From an uncultured delta proteobacterium (GTDB taxonomy: Bacteria; Myxococcota_A; Polyangia; Polyangiales; Polyangiaceae): 64,000 nt of DNA. The first letter of the stretch is position 1, and the number at the start of each line of letters is the position of its first letter. Positions 1-10,269 of the stretch are shown in pieces. The stretch covers positions 348,024 through 412,023 of the forward strand of contig CAVOKF010000001.1 in the NCBI GenBank assembly GCA_963696385.1. The letters are read 5' to 3'. A model generated the notes under the pieces. The model searched no databases and was not told the origin of the DNA. It saw nothing but the letters and a program-made list of their open reading frames with translations. The position numbers were made by a program, and so were the translations under genes.

Positions 1-1
1 C

Positions 2-856
2 AAGAAGGTCTGGTTCATCACGGGCGCGGGTCGCGGCATGGGCCTCGACTTCGCAAAGGCGGCGCTGGCGGCCAACCACGCCGTCGTGGCCACGGGCCGG
101 GACCCCGACCGCGTGTCCAGAGCGCTGGGTCCGTCGAACGATCTGCTAACGGTGAAGCTGGACGTCACGCGTCGCGCCGATGCCGAAGCGGCGGTGCGCG
201 CCGGCGTCGATCGGTTCGGGCGCATCGACGTGCTGGTCAACAACGCGGCCAGCTTCTACGCCGGTTACTTCGAGGAGCTGTCGCCGGAGCAGATGGATCG
301 GCAACTGGCGGCGAGCCTCACTGGACCCATGAACGTCACCCGCGCCGTCCTGCCGGTGATGCGCAAGCAGCGCTCGGGGCACGTCCTCGCGATCTCCTCC
401 TCGGCGGGCCTCACGGGCTTCGAGTTCTGCAGCGCCTACGCGGCGTCAAAGTTCGGCCTCGAGGGCTGGATGGAGTCGCTCGCGCCCGAGGTCGAGCCGT
501 TCGGCATCGCTACCACTATCGTCAACCCCGGGTTCTTCCGCACGGAGCTCCTCTCGGAGCAATCGACGAGCTACGCCGAGCCGTCGATCAGCGACTACAG
601 CGAGCGCAGAGCGAAGCAGCTCGAATTCTGGAGAGCCCAGAACGGCAAGCAGGGGGGCGACCCCGCAAAGCTCGCGAAGGCCCTCATCACCCTTACCGAC
701 CAGGAGCGCCCCCCACTGCGCTTCATCGCGGGGGCCGATGCGATCGGGACGGCCGAGCAGACGGTCGCCACGCTTCGGCAGCAGATCGATGCGTACCGCG
801 GCCTATCCTCCTCGCTCGCGTTCGACGAGGCCATCACTGCCGGCAGCGCGACGTAG
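2..856 (+). CDS. SDR family oxidoreductase (5' end outside window)
   Basis: Frame is open from base 2: [14 protein letters not shown] (Rossmann motif), then VNNA and catalytic YAASK. Confidence 0.92.
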   Translation, partial: KKVWFITGAGRGMGLDFAKAALAANHAVVATGRDPDRVSRALGPSNDLLTVKLDVTRRADAEAAVRAGVDRFGRIDVLVNNAASFYAGYFEELSPEQMDRQLAASLTGPMNVTRAVLPVMRKQRSGHVLAISSSAGLTGFEFCSAYAASKFGLEGWMESLAPEVEPFGIATTIVNPGFFRTELLSEQSTSYAEPSISDYSERRAKQLEFWRAQNGKQGGDPAKLAKALITLTDQERPPLRFIAGADAIGTAEQTVATLRQQIDAYRGLSSSLAFDEAITAGSAT

Positions 857-881
857 TCCGACGAAAGAGCAGGTACGAAAC

Positions 882-1108
882 ATGGATCTCAAGCGAAGCG
901 GCTTGCAGCCGTCCCAGAAGGCGCCTGCCGAGCATTTCACCGGCACCGTTCGCCTCGACCCACTGTTCCAGGCGACCGCGCCCGGGCGCGTCGGCGGCGC
1001 GTACGTGACGTTCGAGCCTTGCGCGCGCAGCGACTGGCACACGCACCCGCTCGGGACAGACGCTCATCGTCACGCTCGGGTGTGGTCTTCACCAGCGCTG
1101 GGCAGGAC
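882..1108 (+). pseudogene. Cupin-domain protein, frameshifted and truncated by an IS remnant
   Basis: [17 protein letters not shown], then a +1 shift into [15 protein letters not shown]; stops at the IS end at 1109. Confidence 0.8.
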
Positions 1109-1817
1109 CGCGTGATGTCCGAAAAGCCGTCGCCGCTCTTCACGCAGCCTCGCGACGGTAGAAATTGAGGAGTCCGCCGAGACGCGATCGACACCCGATC
1201 GCGCCAAGCGACGCTTTGTCGTTGCTCGGCGACGGCGTCGGCCTGATGATTTGGCTGCCAAGTCCTTGGTGGTAGCGCTCGGTGTGGTAATGGGCGGCGA
1301 ACTCGCGGATCAGATGCCGCAGGTGGCGCTCGCCGAAGATGACGAAGCGGTCCAAGCACTCGCTGCGGATGCTCTTCACGAAACGCTCGGCGTGGGGGTT
1401 GCAATTTGGACTTCGCGCCGGAATGGGCACGCAGGTCACGCGGCCAGTCTCGAGCAGCGCCGTCCATGCCTCGGTGAACACGGGGTCCCGATCGTGGATC
1501 AGATGGCTCGCGTTTCGCAGAAATCCGTCTACCGGATCCAGAAGATTGCGGGCAATCTGCTTCATCCAATCGCCGTCCGGGGCGATGCGGACCCCGGCGA
1601 TCCGCACGGCGCGGGTCTTGATGCACATGACGAAGAACACCATGGTGCGGACGGTCCCGAACATGCCCAAGACTTCGACGCTGAAGAAGTCGCACGCGTA
1701 CAGCGTCTCCCAGTGGCTTTTGAGGAAGTGCGCCCAGGTCCGTTTGCGATTGCGATCCGGCGCCGGCTCTACGCCGGCGTCCGCCAGGATCGACGATGGG
1801 TTTCCGGACAGGACGCG
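1109..1817 (-). mobile_element. Internally deleted IS element with an rve/integrase-core transposase
   Basis: Imperfect inverted repeats at 1109-1132 and 1794-1817 (19/24 match) flank the 3' half of a transposase. Confidence 0.7.
1140..1793 (-). pseudogene. Integrase-core (rve) DDE transposase, N-terminus missing
   Basis: ACDFF, IHDRD, AERFVKSIRSECLD, HYHTERYHQGLG, RLGGLLNFYRREAA; no real N-terminal HTH region. Confidence 0.82.
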
Positions 1818-2112
1818 TTCCGGAGAGACGAGTCTTTGCGCCACTTTGCTTGACGCTGACGCCGTTACGCGTGATGCTTTCTCGATGACCGAATCTCGGT
1901 CATTTCGATGCTGAGAGATTCGGTAGTGTCCACATGGATGCGATGGGCGCTGTGTGGCGGGCACGCTCTTTTCGTCGAGGAATATCTCACAGGATCGACC
2001 GTTCGAGCCCCCGCTCTGAAGCGTGGCCCATGCGGCGCGGTGTTTCTGGACGAAGCGGTCGCCCGGACGCGTGCGATTGGCCAAGAAAGAACGCGTGGCG
2101 ACCACGGAGTTC

Positions 2113-2643
2113 ATGGCCCCCGAACCCGTCAGCGCATTGCGCATCGTCGAGTGCTCGGCTTCGTCCTACCGGTCGTCGGGGTCCTCGGCCGACCGACTTG
2201 GCCAACCGGCGGGCCGGGGGTTGCTCGTCGACCACGACGATCTCGCGCGAGCAAGCCATGCCAGCATCCTGAGGAGTGCCGGCTGGCTGGTTGTCGAGAA
2301 GCGAGACTCGAAGCAGGCTGCAAGTCCGGACCAAGAAGCTTCGCGAGCTCGGCTTTCGGATCGCGGTCGATGACCTCGGCGCAGGCTACGCGAGGGCTCT
2401 CGCGCTTCACCCTTCTGGAGCCGGACTACGTGAAACTCGACGCGTCCTTAATCCGATCGATCGACGCGTCTCCTCAAAAGCGGAGCATCGTCCGGGCGAT
2501 GTTGCAACTGGCCTCCTGCGACCTCGGCGTGGGCCGTCGAGATGCCCCAGGAGCGCGACGCGCTCGTGGCGCTCGCTGCCGAGATGTTGCAAGGGTTTCT
2601 GTTCGCCCCACCAAGCCGGGGCTTCGTGGAACCTGCGTGGTAG
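2113..2643 (+). pseudogene. Degraded receiver + EAL-domain protein
   Basis: Pieces in different frames: LLVDHDDLARASHASILRSAGW; LRELGFRIAVDDLGAGY; LEPDYVKLDASLIRSID; LQGFLFA. Confidence 0.75.
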
Positions 2644-2793
2644 GCTGCCCGCGTCGGCGACTCGCTTGCGCCACGGCCGGTGGCGATTGGGGCGCCCGAT
2701 GGGCGCGGCCCCCGGTCGCCGTCGACGGGAGCGCGCCCAGAGCCGTGGCGCGCGTCGGAACGTGGAGCGCTGCGTGCAGGGAGGGGCGATCCA

Positions 2794-4833
2794 TTGACTG
2801 AATTCGGGGGTCATCGCCGGGATTCGCGCTCGGAGGGGGGCGGAGAGGCGGCCATTCAAACGGCCTCGCCGTTCCCTCGCGCGATCGGACGCTACGTCTT
2901 GTACGACGAGCTCGCATCGGGGGGCATGGCCGCCGTGCACTTCGGGCGTCTCCTGGGGCCGGCGGGGTTCGCGCGGCCCGTCGCCATCAAGCGTCTTCAT
3001 GCCCAGTACGCGCGCGATCCCGAATTCGTGAGAATGTTCCTCGACGAGGCCCGCCTGGCCGCCCGGATTCAACATCCCAACGTCGTGCCGATGCTGGATG
3101 CTTTGAGGGTCAAAGGCGAAGTGTTTCTCGTGATGGATTACGTGGCAGGCGCCAGCCTGTCGCACCTCAATCGTCTCATGAGGCGGCGCGACGAGCGCAT
3201 CCCGCCGCTCGTCGCCGTGGCCATCGTCGCCGGGATGCTTCAGGGCTTGCACGCGGCTCACGAGGCGAAGGACGAGCAGGGAGCGCACCTCGAGATCGTG
3301 CACCGCGACGTCTCGCCCCAGAACGCCCTGGTCGGAACCGACGGCATCACGCGCCTCATCGACTTCGGGGTCGCGAAGGCGACCGGGCGCCTGCAAAGCA
3401 CGCGCAGCGGTCAGCTCAAGGGCAAGCTTGCCTATATGGCGCCCGAGCAAGTGCGGGGGGAGCCCGTGACCCGCCGTGCGGACGTCTACAGCGCGTCGGT
3501 CATCCTCTGGGAGACGCTGACCTCCAAGCGCCTCTTCGAAGCCGACAACGAAGCGAATCTTCTTTCGAAGATGCTCACGGCGCAGGTGTCCGTTCCGAGC
3601 TCGATCGTTTCGGACCTACCGCGATCCCTCGACCGCGCCGTGATGCGCGGCCTGCACCGCGATCCGGCCAAGCGCTACGAAAGCGCCCGCGAGATGGCCG
3701 CGCACATCGAGGCGTGCATCGGGGTCGCTTCCCCGTCCGAGATCAGCGATTGGCTCGAGCGAACGGTCGGTGACGAGCTGAGAGAGCGTGCCGCTCGGAT
3801 CGAATCGCTCAAGCGCGACGGCGGACAGATCGTCGGCAGCGCCGGGGCGGACAGCTCCACCATCGCTGCGGCCGATGCGCTGACCATCGGCGGCAAGCGC
3901 ATCACGGCGACGTCGCAGACGGCCGTTCGCATTGGACTCTTTCTGAGGGCGCTCGACAACGAATACCAGCACCTTCAGCGCGAGGAATGCCTACACGTCG
4001 CCCGCCGAAACGGCTTCGTCGTGACGGAAGTGAGTGGCCAGAACGATGCCGACATTCAGCGCCGACAGATCGAAGAATGCTTAAGGCAGCCCGACGCCGT
4101 ACGCCCCACGGTCTTTCTCGTCAACCCCGTCGACGAGGGCTCGCTTCGCGACACGGCGATCCGGGCCGCCCAGGCGGGCGTGAACTGGGTCAGCCTCAAC
4201 CGTGACGTGGATTACTTGGACGACTTGCGCCTTGATTTCCCCCATCTCCTGGTTTGCAGTGTGAGCCCCGATCAGCGGCAGGTCGGGCGCATTCAGGGTC
4301 GCCAGCTGCAGATCCTCTTGCCCGAGGGGGGCGACGTCTTGTACGTCCAGGGCCCACCCGGCACGTCGACCGGTCGCATGCGCCTCGAAGCCACGCAGGC
4401 GGAGCTCGCCCATACCGCCGTCCGCCTCATCGTCGAAAGCTCCGATTGGACGATCGAAGGCGCCGCGGAGCTTGCGAGGCGTCGGCTGGGGGGCGGAGGA
4501 CGCGCGATCGGATCGGTCTCGGTCGTCTGCGCACAGAACGACGGCATGGCCATCGGCGCGCGCTCCGTTTTGATGGAGCACAAAGACGAGTGTGGCGCCG
4601 ACGTTTCCCGGACGGTAAGGGCCATTGGCTGCGACGGCACCCCTTCGTACGGGCGGCGGCTGGTGGACGAGGGCTCCCTCGTCGCCACGATCGTCATCCA
4701 CCCGACCACTGGACGGGCCATCGAAGAAATCGCGCTCTGGCTCGAACGCGGTGGCGCCGCGCCAACCGCCATTACGATGGCCGTGAGCTCGTTTCCATCC
4801 CTTCTCGCGCTTCGCGACCGCGATGCCCATTGA
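2794..4833 (+). CDS. Hanks-type Ser/Thr kinase fused to a type I periplasmic-binding-protein (RbsB/LacI-sensor-like) domain
   Basis: VAIK, HRDVSPQN, DFG, YMAPE motifs; C-terminal half has DNEYQ, SPDQRQVG, CAQNDGMAIG, IGCDG. TTG start after GAGGGG RBS is inferred. Confidence 0.88.
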   Translation: MTEFGGHRRDSRSEGGGEAAIQTASPFPRAIGRYVLYDELASGGMAAVHFGRLLGPAGFARPVAIKRLHAQYARDPEFVRMFLDEARLAARIQHPNVVPMLDALRVKGEVFLVMDYVAGASLSHLNRLMRRRDERIPPLVAVAIVAGMLQGLHAAHEAKDEQGAHLEIVHRDVSPQNALVGTDGITRLIDFGVAKATGRLQSTRSGQLKGKLAYMAPEQVRGEPVTRRADVYSASVILWETLTSKRLFEADNEANLLSKMLTAQVSVPSSIVSDLPRSLDRAVMRGLHRDPAKRYESAREMAAHIEACIGVASPSEISDWLERTVGDELRERAARIESLKRDGGQIVGSAGADSSTIAAADALTIGGKRITATSQTAVRIGLFLRALDNEYQHLQREECLHVARRNGFVVTEVSGQNDADIQRRQIEECLRQPDAVRPTVFLVNPVDEGSLRDTAIRAAQAGVNWVSLNRDVDYLDDLRLDFPHLLVCSVSPDQRQVGRIQGRQLQILLPEGGDVLYVQGPPGTSTGRMRLEATQAELAHTAVRLIVESSDWTIEGAAELARRRLGGGGRAIGSVSVVCAQNDGMAIGARSVLMEHKDECGADVSRTVRAIGCDGTPSYGRRLVDEGSLVATIVIHPTTGRAIEEIALWLERGGAAPTAITMAVSSFPSLLALRDRDAH

Positions 4834-4965
4834 GGAGGCTCTCCCAGACGGGGTGAATGGGTGCGACCTCTCGCTCCCAGGGAGCTGATCGCAATTTCTC
4901 GCTCCCGAGGGGGCGGGCGCAGATGCTTCTGGAACGCGCGCTTGTGCCAGTACAGGGAGCCGTTC

Positions 4966-5127
4966 GTGCACAAGAAGAAGACGGGGAAGACCTCGCCGAA
5001 GCCTACGTCGCCAAAGCCATTCGTAATCGTCCGCCCGACGTCGCCGAAAGCGACCGAGAAAGCCTTTGGCGTCGACGCGGAGCGATCGAGGCACATCGAC
5101 GAACTGATTGCGAAGGCCGTCAGTTGA
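4966..5127 (+). CDS. Small Lys-rich hypothetical protein
   Basis: GTG after AGGGAG; three TSPK repeats. Confidence 0.35.
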   Translation: MHKKKTGKTSPKPTSPKPFVIVRPTSPKATEKAFGVDAERSRHIDELIAKAVS

Positions 5128-5503
5128 CGAACGCGTGGTGACGAGTGGCTCGGGGGAGGGCCACACATGTTTTCCTGAATATGCCTTTCGAGAAGAAGGG
5201 CATGTACCGGGACCTGCTCGTTGCTTACGTCAGTGGCCTGGCAGGGTTAGGATTCACGGTAAGGCATTCTCCTCGAATGCGAACCAGGTTGCCGAAGGTC
5301 TAACGACAACGAGCCCAAGCTCGAATGGCATGTTGAAGCGCGGGCATCCCCCCGCGATGCGGCGGTGCCACGCCGCGCGTTCATCCGTCCTAGCGGATGA
5401 CTGGACACTTGACCAGCCTGATGGCTATCGCTACGATTCCGCAGGATAAAAGCAACCGTGTTCTTCGTGCGTTCGTCCCTGGAGGGCCCGTCGAGGAAAG
5501 TAA

Positions 5504-5815
5504 ATGGCAGCGCTGGAACTTCGTCCGAACTGTGAATATTGCGACAAGGACATTCCTCCCGACGCAACGGAGGCTTGCATTTGCAGCTACGAGTGCACCT
5601 TTTGCCGGGATTGCGTCACCAAACTGCAGAACGTCTGCCCCAATTGCGGCGGCGGTTTCGTCTCAAGGCCTATCCGGCCCGCAACGGAATGGCGTCCAGG
5701 TCTTTCCGTCGCCAAACGTCCACCGTCGTACAAACGCGTTCACTTGTCGTACAATGACGATGAGATTGCAAGCCATGTGAAGCGCATCAAGGGCATTCCA
5801 CCCGAAAAACGCTAG
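5504..5815 (+). CDS. DUF1272 family Cys-rich protein
   Basis: LELRPNCEYCDKD...ICSYECTFCRDC...CPNCGGGFVSRPIRP; GAGG RBS. Confidence 0.88.
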   Translation: MAALELRPNCEYCDKDIPPDATEACICSYECTFCRDCVTKLQNVCPNCGGGFVSRPIRPATEWRPGLSVAKRPPSYKRVHLSYNDDEIASHVKRIKGIPPEKR

Positions 5816-6405
5816 AGCGCTGCCGGTTACTCTGGAAGCCTGCCGAGATCACGTTGCGGCAAAGAATCGGGCCATGACGTCTCCCGGCAGCCATCCGGTG
5901 GCATCGAAGCCGGGGGCCTGACTAAGAGCAGCGAGCCGGTAGGGGCAGCCGATCCGTTTCGGGGCTGAAGAGACGGCGGCGGAGCCGGTCACCGATGACC
6001 GCCTGCATCGCTTGCGGTTCGCTGGCAGCATGCCGCCGTTCCTGGCCATGCTGTCCGATGCGTCCGTAGCGGATCGGGACCGTCCAGTCCTCGAGCAGGT
6101 CGCGACCGACGGCGAGTATATGCCATGTTGCTGGCGTGGGTGACGGTCGTAGCGATACCGCGCCGGGGGAGGCAAGGAAGAAGGGAGCGAAGGGGCGGCG
6201 CGGTGGCTCGTCGTCGGCACGCTGCGAGGAAAGGCCAAAACGCCGGGGCGGTGGCGACCTGCCGCGATGCCGCCGCCGAGCACGAGGGCAGAGCGTCTCC
6301 TCGCGTGGAGCCGGCACAAGGCTGCGTCATGATGAGCAGCAGAGGGCCTCGGGGGTGTCCCTCGGGCCAACGACGGGTCGAGCCGGCGAGCGCCACGGAG
6401 GAGAC

Positions 6406-6741
6406 ATGAAGTATCTTGGGATGGATGTGCACGGGAAAGCAACCGACTTTTGTCTGCTCAACGCGGAGGGCGAAGTCGTCGAGAGGGGCAGCCTGCCGAC
6501 GACGGCGCCCGATTTGACGAAGCTGATCCAGAGGCTTTCGTCGATCGACACGCTGCTCTGCGGTCAGGAGGTGGGGACGATGACCTACTTTGTCCATGAC
6601 GTCGTGACGAGCGCGGGAGCGAAGATCCTGTCGTTCAACGCGCAGCATCTTCGGATGATCGCGGCGTCGCGCAAGAAGACCGACAGCCTGCCGGTCGACG
6701 AAGAGCCGCGGAAGCGGGCGCGGAAACATATCGCGTCTTAA
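6406..6741 (+). pseudogene. IS110-family transposase, N-terminal DEDD fragment
   Basis: MKYLGMDVHGK...SRKKTD, then unrelated sequence and a stop; GGAGGAG RBS. Confidence 0.85.
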
Positions 6742-6746
6742 GTGAG

Positions 6747-7181
6747 TCATGCGCTCCGCCGCTTCTCTCTACGCGCCTTCGGCTGTGCGGTGGGCGACGG
6801 CGCGAGCGCGCGCGCCTGATAGCTCTCCGTGCTCGCGAGCTTCATGCTGACGAGGCGGTTCAGCGAGACGGCGCTGTCGGCGGCCTCCATGACGAGCCGG
6901 CGATGAAGGGCAGCTGGGATGCGCACCTTGAAGGTGCCGCTGAATCCCTGGGCCGCGAGCGGCGCGGGGAGCGCCTCGCCGCGGGCGGCCATGTCGGCGG
7001 CGACGTCGCGGACCAGCTTCTCGACACCGTGAAGGGCCTCGTCCCGCGTCGGCGCGAGCCACGAGAGCGACGGGAACTCCGTGCAGAGCCCGACGTACTC
7101 CTGGTCTTCGTCCGACCAGGTCACGCGGTACGTGTACTTGTCCGTGCTGTTGCTCATCTTCTTCTCCATCGGCATCTTCAT
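6747..7181 (-). CDS. hicB: HicB-family antitoxin with C-terminal RHH (start 7181 or 7157)
   Basis: YTYRVTWSDEDQEYVGLCTEFPSLSW...FSGTFKVRIPAALHRRL...SLN. Confidence 0.88.
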   Translation of the reverse strand: MKMPMEKKMSNSTDKYTYRVTWSDEDQEYVGLCTEFPSLSWLAPTRDEALHGVEKLVRDVAADMAARGEALPAPLAAQGFSGTFKVRIPAALHRRLVMEAADSAVSLNRLVSMKLASTESYQARALAPSPTAQPKARREKRRSA

Positions 7182-7192
7182 CCGGTTGCCGT

Positions 7193-7531
7193 TCAGCGGC
7201 GCTTCTTCTTCTTCCCCTTCTTCTTCTCTTCCGGGCGCTCAGTGTCGGCTGGCTCGGTCACCGCCAGCTCGGCGGCCGCTCTCAGCTGGTTCGAGCGCCG
7301 CTCGACGGCCTCGAGGAGCTGCCGCACCTGGTACGCTTTCGCTTTGCCCTTCTCGTCTTGCATGTTCACGCGTGGATTGCCTGGCCACGGCATCTTCCAC
7401 ACGCGGTGGCTCGTCCCCTTCTGTGTGGGCTCGCCGAAGAAGTGGTCGGCGACCTTGCAAGCGTCCGTGAAGCGGACGTTGAAGGGGTTCGCCTTCATCT
7501 CGCTGATGAGCTCCTCGATGGTGGAGGCCAC
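7193..7531 (-). CDS. hicA: HicA-like toxin with basic C-terminal tail
   Basis: NPFNVRFTDACKV...GTSHRVW...VNMQDEKGKAKAYQVRQLL; directly upstream of hicB. Confidence 0.82.
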   Translation of the reverse strand: MASTIEELISEMKANPFNVRFTDACKVADHFFGEPTQKGTSHRVWKMPWPGNPRVNMQDEKGKAKAYQVRQLLEAVERRSNQLRAAAELAVTEPADTERPEEKKKGKKKKRR

Positions 7532-7535
7532 CCAC

Positions 7536-7561
7536 GAATGGTGCCACTAATGGCACCATTC
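7536..7561. promoter_or_regulatory. Probable HicB operator
   Basis: Perfect inverted repeat GAATGGTGCCA-ctaa-TGGCACCATTC next to the hicA start. Confidence 0.7.
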
Positions 7562-7687
7562 GGCAAGGAGCACCGGCGCTCGCTCGACGCCAGCGCCGAG
7601 GAGCCCATCCGGGGAGCGCCCGCGACGAAATCGACGGCCGCGCGAGGCGGGTGCTCCGAGCGCGCGGCTGGGGTAAGTAGCCGCACG

Positions 7688-8053
7688 ATGATTCGCCTCC
7701 GCTTCGTCCAGGAGTACCGCGGTCGGCGCATCGTCACGAACGGCAAGCTCTACGGCATCCAGGGCGAGCTCGTGACCGACTGCCGGTACTTGAACGTCGC
7801 CGGCGCCCGGGCAGCCATCGACTCGGAGACGAACGCCGCCGCACACCGCGCCCACCTCGAGTCGCAGCGCCGGCACTTCTCGGAGTTCCTCGCCCGGGAC
7901 GGCGAGAAGTACGCCTTCGCATGCGAGTGCGGATGGCGCGGCCCGTACAACCAGCTGGCGAAGGAGGGACGCGAGGTCGTCGTCGTGCGATGCCCGAAAT
8001 GCGCGAGCGACGACATCTACCTCGCCTTCGACGACGCCACCGTCGAGCGGTGA
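7688..8053 (+). CDS. Hypothetical protein with a C-terminal zinc ribbon
   Basis: CECGW...RCPKC; coding-like codon usage. Confidence 0.6.
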   Translation: MIRLRFVQEYRGRRIVTNGKLYGIQGELVTDCRYLNVAGARAAIDSETNAAAHRAHLESQRRHFSEFLARDGEKYAFACECGWRGPYNQLAKEGREVVVVRCPKCASDDIYLAFDDATVER

Positions 8054-8218
8054 CCGCTCCTTGTAGTGCCGGTGGACCTGGGCGGGACGGCGATTCACTA
8101 GGCACCCCCTGTGGGAACTCGCACAGCGCGCATCGCTGCCACCACCACAGCCGTAGGCCTTGACCCTGTGTATGAAGTGCTCAGCTTGCTCTCGCCCACG
8201 GGCGAAAGGACCTCAGCC

Positions 8219-8477
8219 ATGGATGAGCAGCAGAAACCCGAGACCCCTCGGTCAGCGCCTTCGGAGTCTCATGACAGCCAAGGGATTCACGCAGAGTTCC
8301 TTGGCGAAGCGGGCGGGCATCGACCGGAGTGAGGTCAACCGCATCGTGAACGACAAGAAGGTGCCCCATCCCGAAGAGCTGGCCCTCTTGGCTCAGGCGC
8401 TTTCGTCCCCGTGGACGAGCTGATGGCGAACCTCGAGCTCGACGGCGACGTCCGCAAAGTCGTGACGTACTTCGAGG
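8219..8477 (+). pseudogene. XRE-family HTH regulator, frameshifted and interrupted
   Basis: MDEQQKPET / LGQRLRSLMTAKGFTQSSLAKRAGIDRSEVNRIVN / PVDELM in different frames. Confidence 0.72.
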
Positions 8478-8951
8478 ACGCTGCATCCAGAGAAGACGCG
8501 GTTGGTGGAGTTTCTGCACCCTGACCGTCGCTCATCGAAAGTCGATGGCGGCGACCGAGGTCCTGGCAGCTTCGACCTACTCGGCTTCACGCACTACTGG
8601 GGCAAGGCTCGCTCCGGCAAGTGGATTGTCAAGCGCAAAACAGCCAAAGACCGCTTCCGTAGAGCGCTGTCGCGGGTCGCGCAATGGTGCAGGGAGCAGC
8701 AGAAGGCACTTGGGCAAAAGCTGCGTGGTCACTACGGATATTACGGAATCACCCGGAATTTCCGAGCCATCACGCTCTTTTGCCGCGAGACTATTGCGTT
8801 GTGGCGCCGGTGGCTCAACCGCCGGTCGCAACGACGCCATATGCCTTGGGAGCGAATGCACCGGCTGCTTGACCGAAGAGCCGGATGCGTGAATTGCGCA
8901 CGTCCGGATCCGAGGGGGGCCGGGGAGGACAGCCTCCTCGGTCTACCCGAC
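8478..8951 (+). mobile_element. 5'-truncated group II intron (end of RT, maturase domain, domains V and VI)
   Basis: TLHPEKTRLVEF, FDLLGFTHYWG, KLRGHYGYYG, WLNRRSQ, followed by the DV/DVI RNA. Confidence 0.9.
8878..8951 (+). ncRNA. Group II intron catalytic domains V and VI
   Basis: GAGCCGGATGCG...CGCACGTCCGGATC hairpin with AGC triad; DVI hairpin ending CTACCCGAC. Confidence 0.88.
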
Positions 8952-9205
8952 GTGCGCCAGGCGTCGCGTCGGCGGCGCTCAACCTCGTCGTGTCGAGGTG
9001 GGCCCACGAGCAGGCCGTTGCCACGAAAGACCCATGGTTCTTCGCCATGTTCGCCAAGCACGCGGACTCGTCACGTCACAATTTGCTCGCTGCGCACGAA
9101 CTCGCGGTGAGGCACAAGCACGTGTGGACCGCGTCGAGGGCTCCTGCAGCGCTTGCCAACACGCTTCTCGACGCCGGCAAGCGGGCTCGTGATGGCCCGT
9201 CGTAA
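8952..9205 (+). pseudogene. 3' fragment of a hypothetical, possibly phage-like, gene
   Basis: Open frame GVASAALNLVVSRWAHE...ADSSRHNLLAAHELA starts at the intron 3' end. Confidence 0.35.
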
Positions 9206-9635
9206 GCGCCATCTTCGAGCCGGCCGAGCGAGTCTGCGACTCCTGCGAAACCGCTAGCGCGGCTCACGCTGGAGATGGTATTCGCCGGCCAAGGCTTCGC
9301 GAACGTCGATGCGAGTCCGCTGCAGACTGCCATCGCGCGTGCCGCCGACGGCTCCCCCTCGACGGCATCCTCGACGCGGACGACAGGGTCCGTCACTTCG
9401 GGTGCGAGTCCCTCGATGCCAGCGTGGCAGTGCAAGTACTTCGGCACCTTCGTGGCAGGCACGCCCTGGCCGACCTGCTGGCGTGGAGTGCTGAGGTTGC
9501 GCGGCTCGTCGGCGAGCTGCCCGAATTTGCGGAAGGACTTGCCACGGCGCTCGCCGCCATCGACGGCGAGATCATGAAGAACGAAACTGGACGAACTGAC
9601 CATGACCGACGAACTTCGAAGCCGTGAGCCGCACA

Positions 9636-9923
9636 ATGAACCCGAAAGGACCGATACAGCCCATGAACTCAGAGTACCTGTTCGGTAGTGGCACTGGTCG
9701 CATCCCCGACGACGAACGCGCACTCATCGATCGCGTGGTCGAGCCGCTCGGCGTCGTCCTGAACAACCAGGACCTTCCAGGCGAGGGTTACCGCTACTGG
9801 TTCGCAGGTCCCAACCGTGGCCATCCGTTCGACCGGGCGCTCGAGCGGCAGGTGTACCAGGCGCTCGCCGAGACGGGCATCACGCGATGGCTCGAGCACG
9901 CGTACGGAATCGAAGTGGGGTGA
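9636..9923 (+). CDS. Hypothetical protein
   Basis: Protein-like composition (LPGEGYRYWFAGPNRGHPFD). Confidence 0.5.
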   Translation: MNPKGPIQPMNSEYLFGSGTGRIPDDERALIDRVVEPLGVVLNNQDLPGEGYRYWFAGPNRGHPFDRALERQVYQALAETGITRWLEHAYGIEVG

Positions 9924-10269
9924 CGCCCGCCGAAACGCATTCGCAAGGGCGCGTCTGCCGGGACTCGAACGCCCGGCACTGAAGAGGCAGCCGATGACCG
10001 ACGAACCACCAGCCAGGGCCAAAAGGCTCGAGCGTCGTCAGCCGACGCAACTGCGGACGCAGCAATCGCAGGCGCGAAGTCCGGCAACGTCGGCGAGCCC
10101 CCGCGTCCGTCCGCCGATGAACTCGGACAAGTAGCCTACAGGGCACAAGCCTCTCGTCTCGGCGGCAGCGCCCGGGACTCGACGGGCCACGGCGACGTCC
10201 ACACATGGGACAAGCTGCGCCGCGGTTCAGCGCGAGCACTGGACGGTCGTCGCGGCGGCAGTCGCGGAG

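Noticed and set aside
8478..8951. Retron, DGR or CRISPR-associated RT
   Set aside because: The maturase domain and DV/DVI identify a group II intron, and the catalytic YADD region is absent
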